Assembly: GCA_038227045.1 (NCBI GenBank)
Contig: JBBRQD010000010.1
Span: 2,868 to 66,867, forward strand
Source: Planctomycetota bacterium
GTDB taxonomy: Bacteria; Planctomycetota; SZUA-567; H5-PLA8
Length of the DNA: 64,000 bases
Direction of reading: 5' to 3'
The notes beneath the pieces were generated by a model, which was not told the DNA's origin, made no database searches, and worked only from the letters and a program-made list of their open reading frames with translations. Positions within the stretch are counted from its first letter, which is position 1, and every line of letters starts with the position of its first letter. Both the position numbers and the translations under genes were made by a program. Shown piece after piece: positions 53,488 to 63,982 of this stretch.

Positions 53488-54594
53488 CTACTTCTTCTTC
53501 AACACCCGCACCCGATGCGTCTCGCTGTCCCCAATATAAACTGATCCGTCAGTATCTACAAAAATCCCGTGCAGCCGCGCCATCTTGCATTTCAGCGGGT
53601 CGCCATCCGGCCCGTCGCCTTTTTCGCCTGTCCCGGCGATGAGTTCCAGATTTCCCGTCTTTGCGTCAATCATCCGCACGCTGTGGCTCTCCGTGTCGGC
53701 CAGCCAGGCATTCCCATCGGCATCGATGGCGATGCCTTTCGGTCCTTTCAGCGCCGCCTGTTTGGCCGGTCCGCCGTTGCCCGTGAAACCGCTCGCTCCT
53801 GTTCCGGCCATGAGCTGAATCTTGCCGGCTTTTAAATCGAACTTCAAAACCTGGTTCCCCTCGCGAGTAACCAGCCAGAGATTCCCGGCCGCGTCAAAGT
53901 CCAGCGAGCGCGGCCCCTTCAACGGAGTCCCGGCGATCGGCGCGCCATCCGGAGTCGCCCCTGTTTTGCCGGTGCCCGCAAACGTGGAGATCGTTCCCGT
54001 CTGCATGTCCACTCGTCGAATGGAATGGTTGCCCACGTCGCAAATATACAAGCTGCCATCGGGTCCAAACTGGATGCTGTGCGGCTGCTTGAGCTGCGCC
54101 TTCTGCGCCGGTCCGTTATCGCCGCTGTATCCGGACGTGCCGGTGCCCACAAACGTCGTGATCGTGCCGGTCTTGCCATCAACGCGGCGGACGGCGTTAT
54201 TCTGCATATCCGCAATGTAATAATTCCCCGCTTTGTCGAAGCGAATCTCATGTGGCAAATTGAAGCTCGCCTGCAACGCCGGCCCCCCGTCCCCGCCATA
54301 ACCCTTCTGGCCGTTCCCGGCGACACTGTGAATCGTCCCATCGGGATCGACTTTGCGAATGCGCTGCCCGGTATACTCGCAAAACCACAGCGCGCCGTCC
54401 GGTCCACGCACGAGCCCAAACGGATTGTCCAACTGCGCCGAAACCGCCGGCCCGCCATCGCCGCTGAATCCTTGTTTGCCAGTCCCAGCAAAAGTCGCAA
54501 TGCTCCACTCAGCAGCCGAAGCGCCGAAATGAAATGCCAGACTCAAAATAGAGAGCAAGACTCGCACGCGGATAAAAATGGAATTCACAAACAT
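53488..54594 (-). CDS. NHL-repeat six-bladed beta-propeller protein
   Basis: Six repeats of the pattern G.GG(F/Y)(S/G)GDGGPA..A.L..P.G(I/L)..D..G.L(Y/W)I(A/C)D. Signal peptide present. Confidence 0.75.
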   Translation of the reverse strand: MFVNSIFIRVRVLLSILSLAFHFGASAAEWSIATFAGTGKQGFSGDGGPAVSAQLDNPFGLVRGPDGALWFCEYTGQRIRKVDPDGTIHSVAGNGQKGYGGDGGPALQASFNLPHEIRFDKAGNYYIADMQNNAVRRVDGKTGTITTFVGTGTSGYSGDNGPAQKAQLKQPHSIQFGPDGSLYICDVGNHSIRRVDMQTGTISTFAGTGKTGATPDGAPIAGTPLKGPRSLDFDAAGNLWLVTREGNQVLKFDLKAGKIQLMAGTGASGFTGNGGPAKQAALKGPKGIAIDADGNAWLADTESHSVRMIDAKTGNLELIAGTGEKGDGPDGDPLKCKMARLHGIFVDTDGSVYIGDSETHRVRVLKKK

Positions 54595-54745
54595 CTCCCC
54601 TTATTCTCTTCCTCTTCCCTTCCTCTTGCTTTCCTCTGCGAACCTCTGCGTCCTCTCGCGGTTAAACCCTCACGGTTAACTCCCCGTTTTATTCGGCAGC
54701 CTCTGCTATAATGCCGATGACACGTCTGTCTACAAGGAGCTCTCG

Positions 54746-55450
54746 ATGTCCGTCGAACAATATTTTGGCAGAGACTTGGAAGCCATGTCCGTGGCTCGAA
54801 ATTATAACAATTGGATCATCCACGAATTTAAACCCTATTTCGGTGATTGCGTAGCGGAAGTCGGAGCCGGCTGCGGAAACTTCTCCACATTTCTATTGGA
54901 AACTGCCATCAAACGCCTGATTGCGTTCGAGCCATCCGAAAACATGTACACTCTTCTTCACGAACGCATGAAAACCAACCCAAAAGTAGAAACCGTACAG
55001 GGCTATTTTGGCGACCACTGCAACCAATACACCGGGATGCTCGACGCCGCGCTCTATGTCAACGTGATGGAGCATGTTCCCGACGACAAAGCAGAACTGG
55101 CGCACATCCACGGCGCGCTGAAAAAAGGCGGCCACGTGCTGATCTTCGTGCCCGCGCTGCAATGGCTCTACAGCGACTTCGACAAGCGCATCGGCCACTA
55201 CCGCCGCTACCATAAAAAAGCCCTGGCGGAATTAGTCGCCTCGTCCGGCTTCACCGTTGAGAAAATTAAGTACATGGACGCGACGGGAATACTGCCCTGG
55301 CTGATTGCCTTTAAGCTATTCAAGCTATCCATGAGCAGTGGAAAAGTCTCACTCTACGATACGCTGATCGTTCCGCCGGAGCGCTTCTTCGAAAGCCTCA
55401 TCCCGCCGCCGCTGGGCAAAAATCTTTTGGTGGTGGGTCGAAAACTCTAA
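54746..55450 (+). CDS. class I SAM-dependent methyltransferase
   Basis: Motif I VAEVGAGCGNFSTFL with downstream VNVMEHVPD and GGHVLIFVP. Confidence 0.75.
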   Translation: MSVEQYFGRDLEAMSVARNYNNWIIHEFKPYFGDCVAEVGAGCGNFSTFLLETAIKRLIAFEPSENMYTLLHERMKTNPKVETVQGYFGDHCNQYTGMLDAALYVNVMEHVPDDKAELAHIHGALKKGGHVLIFVPALQWLYSDFDKRIGHYRRYHKKALAELVASSGFTVEKIKYMDATGILPWLIAFKLFKLSMSSGKVSLYDTLIVPPERFFESLIPPPLGKNLLVVGRKL

Positions 55451-55513
55451 TTTGTGGTGCAGGCTTCCAGCCTGCATATCTGTAATTGCAGGCTGGAAAC
55501 CTGCACCACAATT
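55451..55513. terminator. 25-bp stem cruciform-capable hairpin containing two copies of tgcaggc-ttcc/tgga-gcctgca
   Basis: The arms are ttgtggtgcaggcttccagcctgca and tgcaggctggaaacctgcaccacaa (one mismatch) with loop tatctgtaat. It fills the convergent MTase/GT2 junction. The core is shared with 28533-28551. Confidence 0.65.
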
Positions 55514-55515
55514 TC

Positions 55516-56358
55516 TTAATCCATTAGCGCCGCCGCATAGAGCTGTTCCAGATTTTTCGACGAATAAACTTTCAATTGCTCCGCGAGCTTCGCATATTTT
55601 TCAGGCAGCGGCGTGCGGGCCGGCGGCGTGGAACGGGTCGCGAACAGTCCATAGCGGAAAATGCAATACAATGCCCGAAAGGCATCCTTTAAACCTATTT
55701 TCTTGCCCTCATCGTAGGTCCGTCCATTGTACGAAATACCCAGTTCGAAAACGCAACAACCCATCTTCGCGATCTTTGCCGTGACTTCCGGCTCGAAACC
55801 AAAACGCTCTTCCTTCAATTTCACCGATTGAATCACCTCGCGCCGAAACAATTTATAGCACGTTTCCATATCGCTCAGATTCAGGTTGCTGGTCATGTTC
55901 GACAGTGTCGTCAACCAGCCGTTGGCCACGCTGTGCCAGTAATACAGCACGCGTTTCGCATCCTCGCCACGGAAGCGCGAGCCGAACACCACGTCCGCGC
56001 CATGAGCCAGCGCCGGCACAAGCAGGCGGTAAAATTCCTGCGGGTCGTATTCCAAATCCGCGTCCTGCACGATCGCATAAAAGCCCGTCGCGTGCTGAAA
56101 TCCCGTCGCCAGCGCCGCGCCCTTGCCGCGATTTTTCGCGTGATAAAACGCCTTGACCCGAGGCTCGCGCGCCGCGATCGCTTCGAGCTTTTCGCGCGAT
56201 TTGTCCTTCGACGCATCGTCCACCACGATAATTTCCAGCGGCAGCCGCACGCGCAAAACCTGCGCAACAATGTGCTCCAGCGTCCGCTCCTCGTTGTAGC
56301 ACGGAATGATCACGGACAGCAGCGGCGGAATGGCCTGCTCGGCGGATGGAGCCATCAT
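55516..56358 (-). CDS. glycosyltransferase family 2
   Basis: [14 protein letters not shown] and QDADLEYDP (DxD) motifs. Confidence 0.8.
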   Translation of the reverse strand: MMAPSAEQAIPPLLSVIIPCYNEERTLEHIVAQVLRVRLPLEIIVVDDASKDKSREKLEAIAAREPRVKAFYHAKNRGKGAALATGFQHATGFYAIVQDADLEYDPQEFYRLLVPALAHGADVVFGSRFRGEDAKRVLYYWHSVANGWLTTLSNMTSNLNLSDMETCYKLFRREVIQSVKLKEERFGFEPEVTAKIAKMGCCVFELGISYNGRTYDEGKKIGLKDAFRALYCIFRYGLFATRSTPPARTPLPEKYAKLAEQLKVYSSKNLEQLYAAALMD

Positions 56359-56562
56359 GAACGCGTTCCCGAATGGGCGTTGTGTGAATTGAAAAAAAGA
56401 ATCTAACGAGAGAGCGTGCGAATTTCAATCGACTTCGTTTCCCCTCATTTCCCGATCCTCGATCTACAGCATTTCTAAAGGTTTGCCTAATTCATTCGGC
56501 CGTGTACATTATTATTCTCGATCCAGGATAACGCAACGAAGAACCGCTTTTCACGGTGAACC

Positions 56563-57279
56563 ATGCGCACCACTCTGATTGCAATCGCGTGTTTGGCCGT
56601 GGGTCTGGCGGGCGGTTTTGCGTTGGGCTATTGGGCGCACGGGGCATCCGTGCCGAAAAGATCGCTGCAGCTCGACATCGCCGATGGCGGTGTGTATCGC
56701 GTGCGCGCGGTAGTCGACGGCGACACCGTGGTGCTCGAAAATGGTTTGCATCTGCGCTACAACGGCATGAACGCGCCGGAGACGGGGCGCTGGAGTAAAG
56801 ATTATTCGCCGATGTCCAAGGAAGCGACGGCGAAAAATATCGAACTGGTCGAAGGCAAGCGCGTGCGCCTGAAACTGGCCAGCGATCCCATCGACATGCA
56901 CGGCAGAGTGGTGGCCAACGTCTTCATCGTCCCCGACGACCCCAAACAGCCAGAACGCGAACTCCGCGAAATCATGATCAAAGAAGGCTTCGCGAAAGCG
57001 ATGGACGTGGGCATTACCAAAGACGAATACAAGACGCTAAAAAGCTGGCAGGACGAAGCCAAAACCAACCAAGTTGGAATCTGGGGCATCAAAAACGACC
57101 CCAAACCGCCCGAGGAAACAAAGCCGTTTTGCGCGTCCAGCACCGGCAAGCTGTACCACAAATCAGACTGCCACGTCGCCAAGCGCATCACAGCCGCCAA
57201 CCGCCACGAATATGCGACGGCCGAGGAGGCTGAGGCGGTTGGGTTGAAGCCGTGTTCGTTTTGTTTGGGGAAGAAGTGA
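56563..57279 (+). CDS. membrane-anchored thermonuclease (SNase-like) fused to an Ada-type Cys4 zinc-ribbon-like tail
   Basis: N-terminal TM LIAIACLAVGLAGGFALGYW. SNase signature VDGDTVVLENGLHLRYNGMNAPE. C-terminal C-x11-C...C-x2-C (CASSTGKLYHKSDCH...PCSFC). Confidence 0.7.
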   Translation: MRTTLIAIACLAVGLAGGFALGYWAHGASVPKRSLQLDIADGGVYRVRAVVDGDTVVLENGLHLRYNGMNAPETGRWSKDYSPMSKEATAKNIELVEGKRVRLKLASDPIDMHGRVVANVFIVPDDPKQPERELREIMIKEGFAKAMDVGITKDEYKTLKSWQDEAKTNQVGIWGIKNDPKPPEETKPFCASSTGKLYHKSDCHVAKRITAANRHEYATAEEAEAVGLKPCSFCLGKK

Positions 57280-57345
57280 AATTGCAATATTGAGACTGTT
57301 GTTTAAAAAGTGGATTCGCTTAAAATTCAGTGCGGATTGCGTTTC

Positions 57346-57465
57346 GTCCCGGAGGGACGGCTGAAATCGCGCGTCTAATTTCAGCCGTCCCTCCGGGACT
57401 ATCAAACCTTTATCATGCTTTCCCAGCGCTGAAGCGCTGGCTATTTTCAAATGTCCCTCCGGGAC
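57346..57465. repeat. CCCTCCGGG-box element, copy C (contains an extra inverted box)
   Basis: gtcccggagggacggctgaaat (57346-57367) and atttcagccgtccctccgggac (57378-57399) form a perfect 22-bp hairpin. This is followed by ccagcgc-loop-gcgctgg, 13 nt, then tccctccgggac (57454-57465). Confidence 0.8.
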
Positions 57466-57559
57466 AAGGAATCGGTAGCAACATACTGTGAGTAGAGGTA
57501 AAGAACATGGACCCGCTCCGTTTTTTTCCTTTGCGTCTTTGCGCCTTTGCGAGAGACAA

Positions 57560-60500
57560 TCAATCCGCGATCTTCAACTTGATCTCATCCGAATTCGCCT
57601 TCAACTCCGGCGCATACATCGCGCTGGCCTTCGTCGGCAGGGCGCTGAACGTGCCTGGGATTTCGGCCCGCATCCGGTACGCGACACTGTGCTTGCCGCG
57701 CGCCAGTTGCCGCACGAACAGACACACCCGTTCGTCGCGCAGTTCCATGTATGCGCCCATGTCGTTGCCGTTGTAGCCGCTGCGCACTTCCACCGGTTCG
57801 AAACCGGCTGCTTTTGCGTCTTCGAACAGGATGTACTCGTAGTCGTTCTTGCTGTCGATCTCCAGTTCGATTTCGACCAGGTCGCCGCTCTTGAGCTGCG
57901 CCATGTTGGCCAGCGGCTCGCGCTCGTACTTCTCCACTTTCTGTCCGACGGACTGGCCGTGATCGCCCTGTACCTTGATCGCTTTGTCCACCTTCTTGAG
58001 CTTGTAGTATTTGCGGTCCACCTTTATTTCCAGACCCGCTTTTTTGATGTCGTCTTCCAGCGTGAAGTTCGTCGAGTAGGCATTGTAGTAAACCGGCCCG
58101 GTGCCTTTTTTGCGGAACTCCACTTTATGCGCGCCGCTGGTGACCTGTTCGCCGGTCAGCACCACCTTGTTGTCGAACGAGAACAGATTCGACTGATTGA
58201 TCGTGACCGTCTTGGCCACTTTGCCGTCGAGCACCACATCCAGCGTCATGTCGGGGGCGTCTTCGCCGCTGGCGGTCATGTATTCGGCCATCGCTTCGAC
58301 GCAGATCGCCGTATCGCGGGTGCTGTTCCAATAGGTCGCATGGTGGCGGTTGTTGAGCAGATACTTGACCAGCCGCGACGCCTTCTCGTTCTTCGGATCG
58401 ACGGCGGCCAGCAGCTTCAGGTAATACGCCTGCGCTTCGTACTCGCTGCCGTACCAATACCACCAATAGTTATTTTCCGGCAGCTTCAAGTACGCCGTCT
58501 GATTTTCATCGTCTTGAACGAGGTACTGATCGATGTTCTGCATGATCATCGCCAGCTTCTCGGCCTGCTTCTGCTTGTTCAACGCCAGGCCGAACATCGA
58601 CTTTGCGTAGACGGCCAAGTTGTTGCGGTCGCGGTACAGGAAGTCGCGCATCTCGGCGTTGTCCTGTCCGCCATCGACCAGGACCATGTAGTTGAACGCG
58701 TCCAGGTTGTCCGCCGATTCCTTGTACGGCTGGATCTTCGCCGGGCCGTTCTTGATCATCGCCAGTTCTTTTTGCTGGTGATTCTTCAGCCAGTTCACGC
58801 CACGCTCCAACATTCCGGCCGGCAGCGCCACGCCGCTGTTCTTGGCGATCTGCATGCCGTGGACGACGTACGCCGTGGTGTGCGGATAGGAATATTCGCC
58901 GGTTCCGCTGAACCAGCCCCAGCCGCCGTCGCCGCACTGCATCGCCGCGAGGTGCTCCACGCCGTTCTTGACGATGCGCTTCACTTCGGCGTCGTCGAAC
59001 ACGGGATTGACGTCGTAGCGTTTCCATTTCTTCGCGCGCGCCACGTCGTCGCCGATCTCCTGCGCGTTAAGATTCGTAATCTTGTCTTTCACGTCCTGCA
59101 AATTGATGTTCATCCGCAGCAGCACCTTTTGCGTGATCGCGGCCGGGAGGAAGCGGTTGAGTGTCTGTTCGGTGCACTTGTAGTCGTAGTCGATGAGGTA
59201 CGGCAGCGCATCGACCATCGCTCCCGCCAGCGTCGGCGAGTAGCGCACTTCCAGGCGGCTGTCCGACGCGCGGCGTTCCGCCGGGACGGTGAACGCGATG
59301 CTGCCGGTGTTTTTGTCCGGGCGAATGTTTCCGGAGAACGATTCCGTCTTCAGGAGGCCGTGAATATACGCGGGGAATTTCAGTTCCATCGCGTCGGATT
59401 CTTCGTTCGTCAGCGCCTTCACGCGGATCGCGGCCTGCCCCGACGAAGTCACGCGCACCTGCCAATCCACGCGCAGTTCGCCGTTCGCTTCGACTTCCAC
59501 CGAACGCTTCAACGCGGTGATCGGTTCGATGCAGCCGCCGTCGAGTTCGAGAGAGACTTCGACTTTTTTCTTCTCCTTGAGGAAATTGTGCACGTTCGCC
59601 GAGAGCACGACTTCGTCTTTCTGCGTGAAGAAGCGCGGCGATTGCAGCCGAATGATGACGTTCTTTTTCGTGATCACTTCCACGTCGCCCTGGCCGACGC
59701 GCGAGCCGTTGCTCATCGTCCAGACTTTCAGTTTCCACGTGGTCAGGCTCTCGGGCATGTCCAGCTCGAATTCGGCGATACCTTGAGCATTCGTATTGAG
59801 CGTCGCGGCCCAGAATGCGGTGTCCGCGAAATTCTTGCGCACGACCGTCTCCGCCATTGTCTCGCCTGGCCCGCCACCACTGCCCAGACCCTCCGCTTCG
59901 CTGCGCTTGTCCGCTGCAAGCGCCCGACGGTTGACTTGTTGTTCGCTGACGCCATTCGCATTCATAGACTTGAAAGCCGCCGAGGGTGCCGCAGGCTCTC
60001 CCGCCACCGCATCCATGGCCGACGCCGCCTTCTCCATTTGCTCGCCGCCATCCGACTTCCGCGCCGCATCGCGCAGCATGCCCTCACCTTTGCCGCGCCC
60101 CGGCTTTCCGCCCCCGAAGCCGGATTTCAACATATCCCCGCCCTCGCTCAGCGCGCCAAAGACGCCCAGGTAACCCATTCCCATTTCGCCGCTCTTTAGA
60201 ATATTGTAGCCGCTCTTGTTCAGCGACGATTCGCTCTGCGGATAATTCTGCCGCCGCCATTTCCAGAAAAAGCTGCGGATTTCCGCGACGTTGGATCCAC
60301 CCGAAATGTACTCGACCGACTTGTCGTAAACCGAGATGGTCGTGCTGCCCACTACAGGCTCGCCGGTGATGTCGGTGAGCTTGATTTTGACCTTCGCCTT
60401 CTGCCCCGGCTTGTACTCCGTCGCGTTTGGAATCACTTCGACATTCGTGACCCGGCTCTCCGGCGGCACGACGATTTCCTTCGTTTCGCTGAAGACTTTT

Positions 60501-63500
60501 CCGCCGCTCACCACCGTTGCTTCAATGAACATGTTGGGCATGTCGCGCTGCGCAACCAGCAGTTCTTCCATCGCGCTCTTGCCGGTGAGGTGCAGCAACT
60601 TCGGCCGTTCGCAGATGCCGTTCGATGCGCGCGGGAAGAGCAGCACGGTCGTGTTTTCGCGGTTGGCGTTGATCATCAATTTGATCTTGTCGCCCGCCGC
60701 GTATTCGCGCTTCTCCGGCACGATTTCGATGTCGTTGAAGTGGTACGCCGTGCCATTGAATCCTTCGCCCGTCACCACGAAGACGTACCCGCCTTCTATT
60801 TCGTGTTTCTGATCGTCGACGACCTTGTAGCTGAGGCGGTACTGCCCCGGCGCGGCCGCTTTGATCTGCTGACGCGCCTTGCCTTCCACGTTCGTATCGA
60901 GATCCCACTCCTGCACCGCTTTCTCGACAGGCTGAGCGTCCTTGTCGTAAGTCACTTGCAGGAGTTTCAGAGCGCCCTTGCCCTTCACCGGCTTGTTGTC
61001 GACGGTCTGCGCGGAGAAGTCTGCGTTGATCGCATCGCCCGTTCGATAGTGCCCGCGGTCCAGCCATGCGTAGACCTTGAACGGCTTGCGAGCGACGATA
61101 ACGCTGCCCGAGCCGACGATCGTGCGGCGCGAATTGTCGGTGACTTCGGCCGTGATTTCATAGCGGTGATCTGTGTTGCCGTGAACGGCTTTGGCGACTG
61201 CGGTGTCGATTTCAACCTTGAACGTCCCGTCCGCATTCAGCGGCACTTCGTTCTCGCTGATCACTTCCGGCGGCGTCTGCGCATGGCCCCACCACCAGGC
61301 GATCGGGCGCCGGTGGCCCCACTCGCTCCAGCCCGGATACCACTTGTAATCGTACGCGAACCACCAATAGCCCGGTTCGTAGAACCAATCCCATGTGCCC
61401 TTCGGGTAGAAGTTGGCGCTGTGGTCGCTGCGCAGGATTTTGTACTTAATTTTCCCCTGAGCCACTGGAGCGCCGAAGTAGTACTTCGCGGTAATCGTCG
61501 CGGTAATCTTTTCGCCCAGCATGACCGGTTCGGACGGCGCATCGACCTTCACTTCGAACTCGGGCTTCTTGTATTCCTCCAGCCGGAATCCGACGTATCC
61601 ATTGACGTGGGGCACCGCGATGTAGTACTGGCCGAGCGTCGCTTCCTTGTCCAATTTGAATTCGCCATCGATGCCGCCGAACGCGTCGGCTTTGTAGGTC
61701 TTCTCGAATATCTTTTCGCCCTTTGGATTTTGAATCTGCAGAGTCAAATCCTGGTTCGCGTACTGCGACGGACCTTTCTCGTCGTATTTCGCGTTGCCGG
61801 TCCAGAACTTAAATTTGATCGACTGATCGGGACGGTAGACGGGCCGGTCGGTCATGCCAAACGATTTGACCTGGTTGTATTGCTGATCGTACCAGGGGTT
61901 ATTCCAGATGCCGGTGAAGCCCAAATGCGCGAACCGCCCATCGGGAGTCGTCGCGGTTATCAGCCAATTATAATCGGCGGGCAGATTCTTGTCGCTTAAA
62001 AAAGCCTGGCCTTCGCCGTCCGCCGTTGCGCTTTGTTCCGCGGTGTCGATCGTGTAAATGTTGTTGTTCCAGCGCTGACGGTAACCGAAGAATTCAAGTT
62101 TCGCATTCGGCACCGGTTTGCCCGATTCCGCGTCGGCAATGTACAGATAGGATTGCTTGTCGAGATTCTTTTTGACAATCGCGGTATCGGCAACCCACAT
62201 CACGATGCGGCTTAAGTTTCCGTTCGCCATCTGCGCGGTCACGAGATACGCGCCGGCTTTCTTTAACGGCGTTTCAACGGTCACGTGCCGGTCGAAGTGC
62301 TTCTCGCGCGGCTTAAGCTCCAGCTCCCATTTGCCGGCCTTTTCGCCCAAATACTGAGCCTGATTTTGTTCGACGAGCCGATAGCCGATGTTGTCGATGT
62401 TGAGACTCTGCCAATCCATCTGTTTGGGCTTCGATTTGATGTAAGCTTTGACGTCGCCGAGCAGTTTTGACACGTTGATTTCGGTGGCTTCAAAGCTGAC
62501 TTTGTCGCCGTTGCGGAAACGGTATTCCACGCTTGCGCCCTGAACCGCCGATTGGGTTCCAATGCCTTCGAACACCCCCCAGTTGCCGAGAATCGCGTCG
62601 ATGCGCTGCTGCAGTTCTTTCTTCGGCCCAAATTCGCCGATGCTGCGTTTCCAATATTCGACGGCGCGGTCGTACTGCTGCCGGTTTTCGAAAATGCCGG
62701 CCAGCGCCTGCAGCGATTGGTTTGCGAAACCATTGCCTTTGAATTGGTCCGCATTGCTCTGATAGATTTTAATAAAATTGAATTCGTCGGAAAGCTTGAA
62801 ACGCTTGATTCCATTCGCCAGCCGCGCGATGGTTTCGTCTTCGCCCAGCGTCTTGACCGCGTACGGCCCGCTCTCGTCCTTTTCCTTTACGCCGCCGCTA
62901 TCGCCGAAGCTCGCGAAACCGGTCATCGTCTGCACGTCGAACTGGTTTTGCAAAAACTGCGCAAACGTGTAACGCATTTCAGCCGCGCGGTCCGCGTTCA
63001 GTTCCTCGGCCTGCATCAAACAGAAACGCCAGCGTTCGCCGTCATTCGCCGCGTCCTCGAAAGACTTGGGAACTTTATACAGAACCGGCTTGCCGTCGTT
63101 GTCCACCGGCGCCGCGTGCGCGGTGCCGCCGTTCCAGCGGCCACGGCCGCCGTAGTAACCGTCCTCGTAATCCGGCAATTTCTCGATATCCGTCAGATCC
63201 TGAAGCTTCCAGGCTTCGTAATATCCGCCGAGCATCAGCGTGTTGGCGACCTGCGTATAGAATTGCGAAAGCGCTTTTTTGTCCGTTTCGTCCTTGCTCA
63301 CCGCCATGGCTTGTTTGAGCAGTTGCAGCCCGCGCACGCGGTCGCGCGGCTGCGCGTTGACGTAGCGCCCTTCGCCGCGCCGGTGCCCGCGCGAGAATTT
63401 GCCGGCCACTATAAAGCCGACGTGGTTGCCCTCAATGTACGTCTGTGCCGCGCGTTCGAGCAGGTGCCAGTTCTTTGCATGAACGGCAATCGTCTTCTCG

Positions 63501-63784
63501 CGGAATTCGTCGACCTCGTCTTCGCGGTTGAGGTTTCGAATACACTGAATGCCATTGGCGAGATCCTCGCCCACTTTGAGCGGATCGTCGCTGGCATCGA
63601 GGGCCAGAGCGCTGAACTGCGCGTACGCATCCTTGAAATTCCCATTCTTCATTGTTTTTTGGGCGGTGTCGCGCTTCTGCGCATTCGTCTCTTCCGCGCA
63701 AATCGGTCTCGTGTGTCCCAGCGCGAATGCAAACAGCACGCAAAGCGTGGTCGCGAAAAGCGAGTGTTTTACAGATGAATACAT
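57560..63784 (-). CDS. bacterial alpha-2-macroglobulin family protein with intact thioester motif
   Basis: 2074 aa with signal peptide. Many MG-type beta-sandwich repeats. Thioester CxEQ as YKCTEQTLNRF, followed by an alpha-helical TED-like region (QCGDGGWGWF). Confidence 0.85.
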   Translation of the reverse strand: MYSSVKHSLFATTLCVLFAFALGHTRPICAEETNAQKRDTAQKTMKNGNFKDAYAQFSALALDASDDPLKVGEDLANGIQCIRNLNREDEVDEFREKTIAVHAKNWHLLERAAQTYIEGNHVGFIVAGKFSRGHRRGEGRYVNAQPRDRVRGLQLLKQAMAVSKDETDKKALSQFYTQVANTLMLGGYYEAWKLQDLTDIEKLPDYEDGYYGGRGRWNGGTAHAAPVDNDGKPVLYKVPKSFEDAANDGERWRFCLMQAEELNADRAAEMRYTFAQFLQNQFDVQTMTGFASFGDSGGVKEKDESGPYAVKTLGEDETIARLANGIKRFKLSDEFNFIKIYQSNADQFKGNGFANQSLQALAGIFENRQQYDRAVEYWKRSIGEFGPKKELQQRIDAILGNWGVFEGIGTQSAVQGASVEYRFRNGDKVSFEATEINVSKLLGDVKAYIKSKPKQMDWQSLNIDNIGYRLVEQNQAQYLGEKAGKWELELKPREKHFDRHVTVETPLKKAGAYLVTAQMANGNLSRIVMWVADTAIVKKNLDKQSYLYIADAESGKPVPNAKLEFFGYRQRWNNNIYTIDTAEQSATADGEGQAFLSDKNLPADYNWLITATTPDGRFAHLGFTGIWNNPWYDQQYNQVKSFGMTDRPVYRPDQSIKFKFWTGNAKYDEKGPSQYANQDLTLQIQNPKGEKIFEKTYKADAFGGIDGEFKLDKEATLGQYYIAVPHVNGYVGFRLEEYKKPEFEVKVDAPSEPVMLGEKITATITAKYYFGAPVAQGKIKYKILRSDHSANFYPKGTWDWFYEPGYWWFAYDYKWYPGWSEWGHRRPIAWWWGHAQTPPEVISENEVPLNADGTFKVEIDTAVAKAVHGNTDHRYEITAEVTDNSRRTIVGSGSVIVARKPFKVYAWLDRGHYRTGDAINADFSAQTVDNKPVKGKGALKLLQVTYDKDAQPVEKAVQEWDLDTNVEGKARQQIKAAAPGQYRLSYKVVDDQKHEIEGGYVFVVTGEGFNGTAYHFNDIEIVPEKREYAAGDKIKLMINANRENTTVLLFPRASNGICERPKLLHLTGKSAMEELLVAQRDMPNMFIEATVVSGGKVFSETKEIVVPPESRVTNVEVIPNATEYKPGQKAKVKIKLTDITGEPVVGSTTISVYDKSVEYISGGSNVAEIRSFFWKWRRQNYPQSESSLNKSGYNILKSGEMGMGYLGVFGALSEGGDMLKSGFGGGKPGRGKGEGMLRDAARKSDGGEQMEKAASAMDAVAGEPAAPSAAFKSMNANGVSEQQVNRRALAADKRSEAEGLGSGGGPGETMAETVVRKNFADTAFWAATLNTNAQGIAEFELDMPESLTTWKLKVWTMSNGSRVGQGDVEVITKKNVIIRLQSPRFFTQKDEVVLSANVHNFLKEKKKVEVSLELDGGCIEPITALKRSVEVEANGELRVDWQVRVTSSGQAAIRVKALTNEESDAMELKFPAYIHGLLKTESFSGNIRPDKNTGSIAFTVPAERRASDSRLEVRYSPTLAGAMVDALPYLIDYDYKCTEQTLNRFLPAAITQKVLLRMNINLQDVKDKITNLNAQEIGDDVARAKKWKRYDVNPVFDDAEVKRIVKNGVEHLAAMQCGDGGWGWFSGTGEYSYPHTTAYVVHGMQIAKNSGVALPAGMLERGVNWLKNHQQKELAMIKNGPAKIQPYKESADNLDAFNYMVLVDGGQDNAEMRDFLYRDRNNLAVYAKSMFGLALNKQKQAEKLAMIMQNIDQYLVQDDENQTAYLKLPENNYWWYWYGSEYEAQAYYLKLLAAVDPKNEKASRLVKYLLNNRHHATYWNSTRDTAICVEAMAEYMTASGEDAPDMTLDVVLDGKVAKTVTINQSNLFSFDNKVVLTGEQVTSGAHKVEFRKKGTGPVYYNAYSTNFTLEDDIKKAGLEIKVDRKYYKLKKVDKAIKVQGDHGQSVGQKVEKYEREPLANMAQLKSGDLVEIELEIDSKNDYEYILFEDAKAAGFEPVEVRSGYNGNDMGAYMELRDERVCLFVRQLARGKHSVAYRMRAEIPGTFSALPTKASAMYAPELKANSDEIKLKIAD

Positions 63785-63946
63785 GGGGAAGGCCCTTCCA
63801 ATGGATGAGATGATTTCGCCCTGCAGTGGCGAAACTTTTTGTGTGCAACCGACGGATTTGAAGCGCTCGGCGTTGAAAAGTTGCGGGAAAAATGAAAAAT
63901 CGAAGATTAATAAATGAGGGTTGAAGGTTCGAAAATTGAAGGTTAA

Positions 63947-63982
63947 GTAACCGTTCGGTCGTGGTACAGGCTGAACGGTTAC
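63947..63982. other. 10-bp stem hairpin upstream of the A2M gene, preceded by gttgaagg word repeats
   Basis: gtaaccgttc (63947-63956) pairs with gaacggttac (63973-63982). 63916-63946 reads gggttgaaggttcgaaaattgaaggttaa, resembling 51743-51790. Confidence 0.4.

Noticed and set aside
57488-60199. 903-aa plus-strand ORF
   Set aside because: It is entirely antisense to the alpha-2-macroglobulin gene. The translation is Arg/His/Val/Leu-rich low-complexity sequence with no motifs. This is the typical mirror ORF of a GC-rich gene.
60590-63778. 469-aa and 408-aa plus-strand ORFs (60590-61999 and 62552-63778)
   Set aside because: Both are antisense to the A2M gene, with no motifs and shadow-ORF composition.
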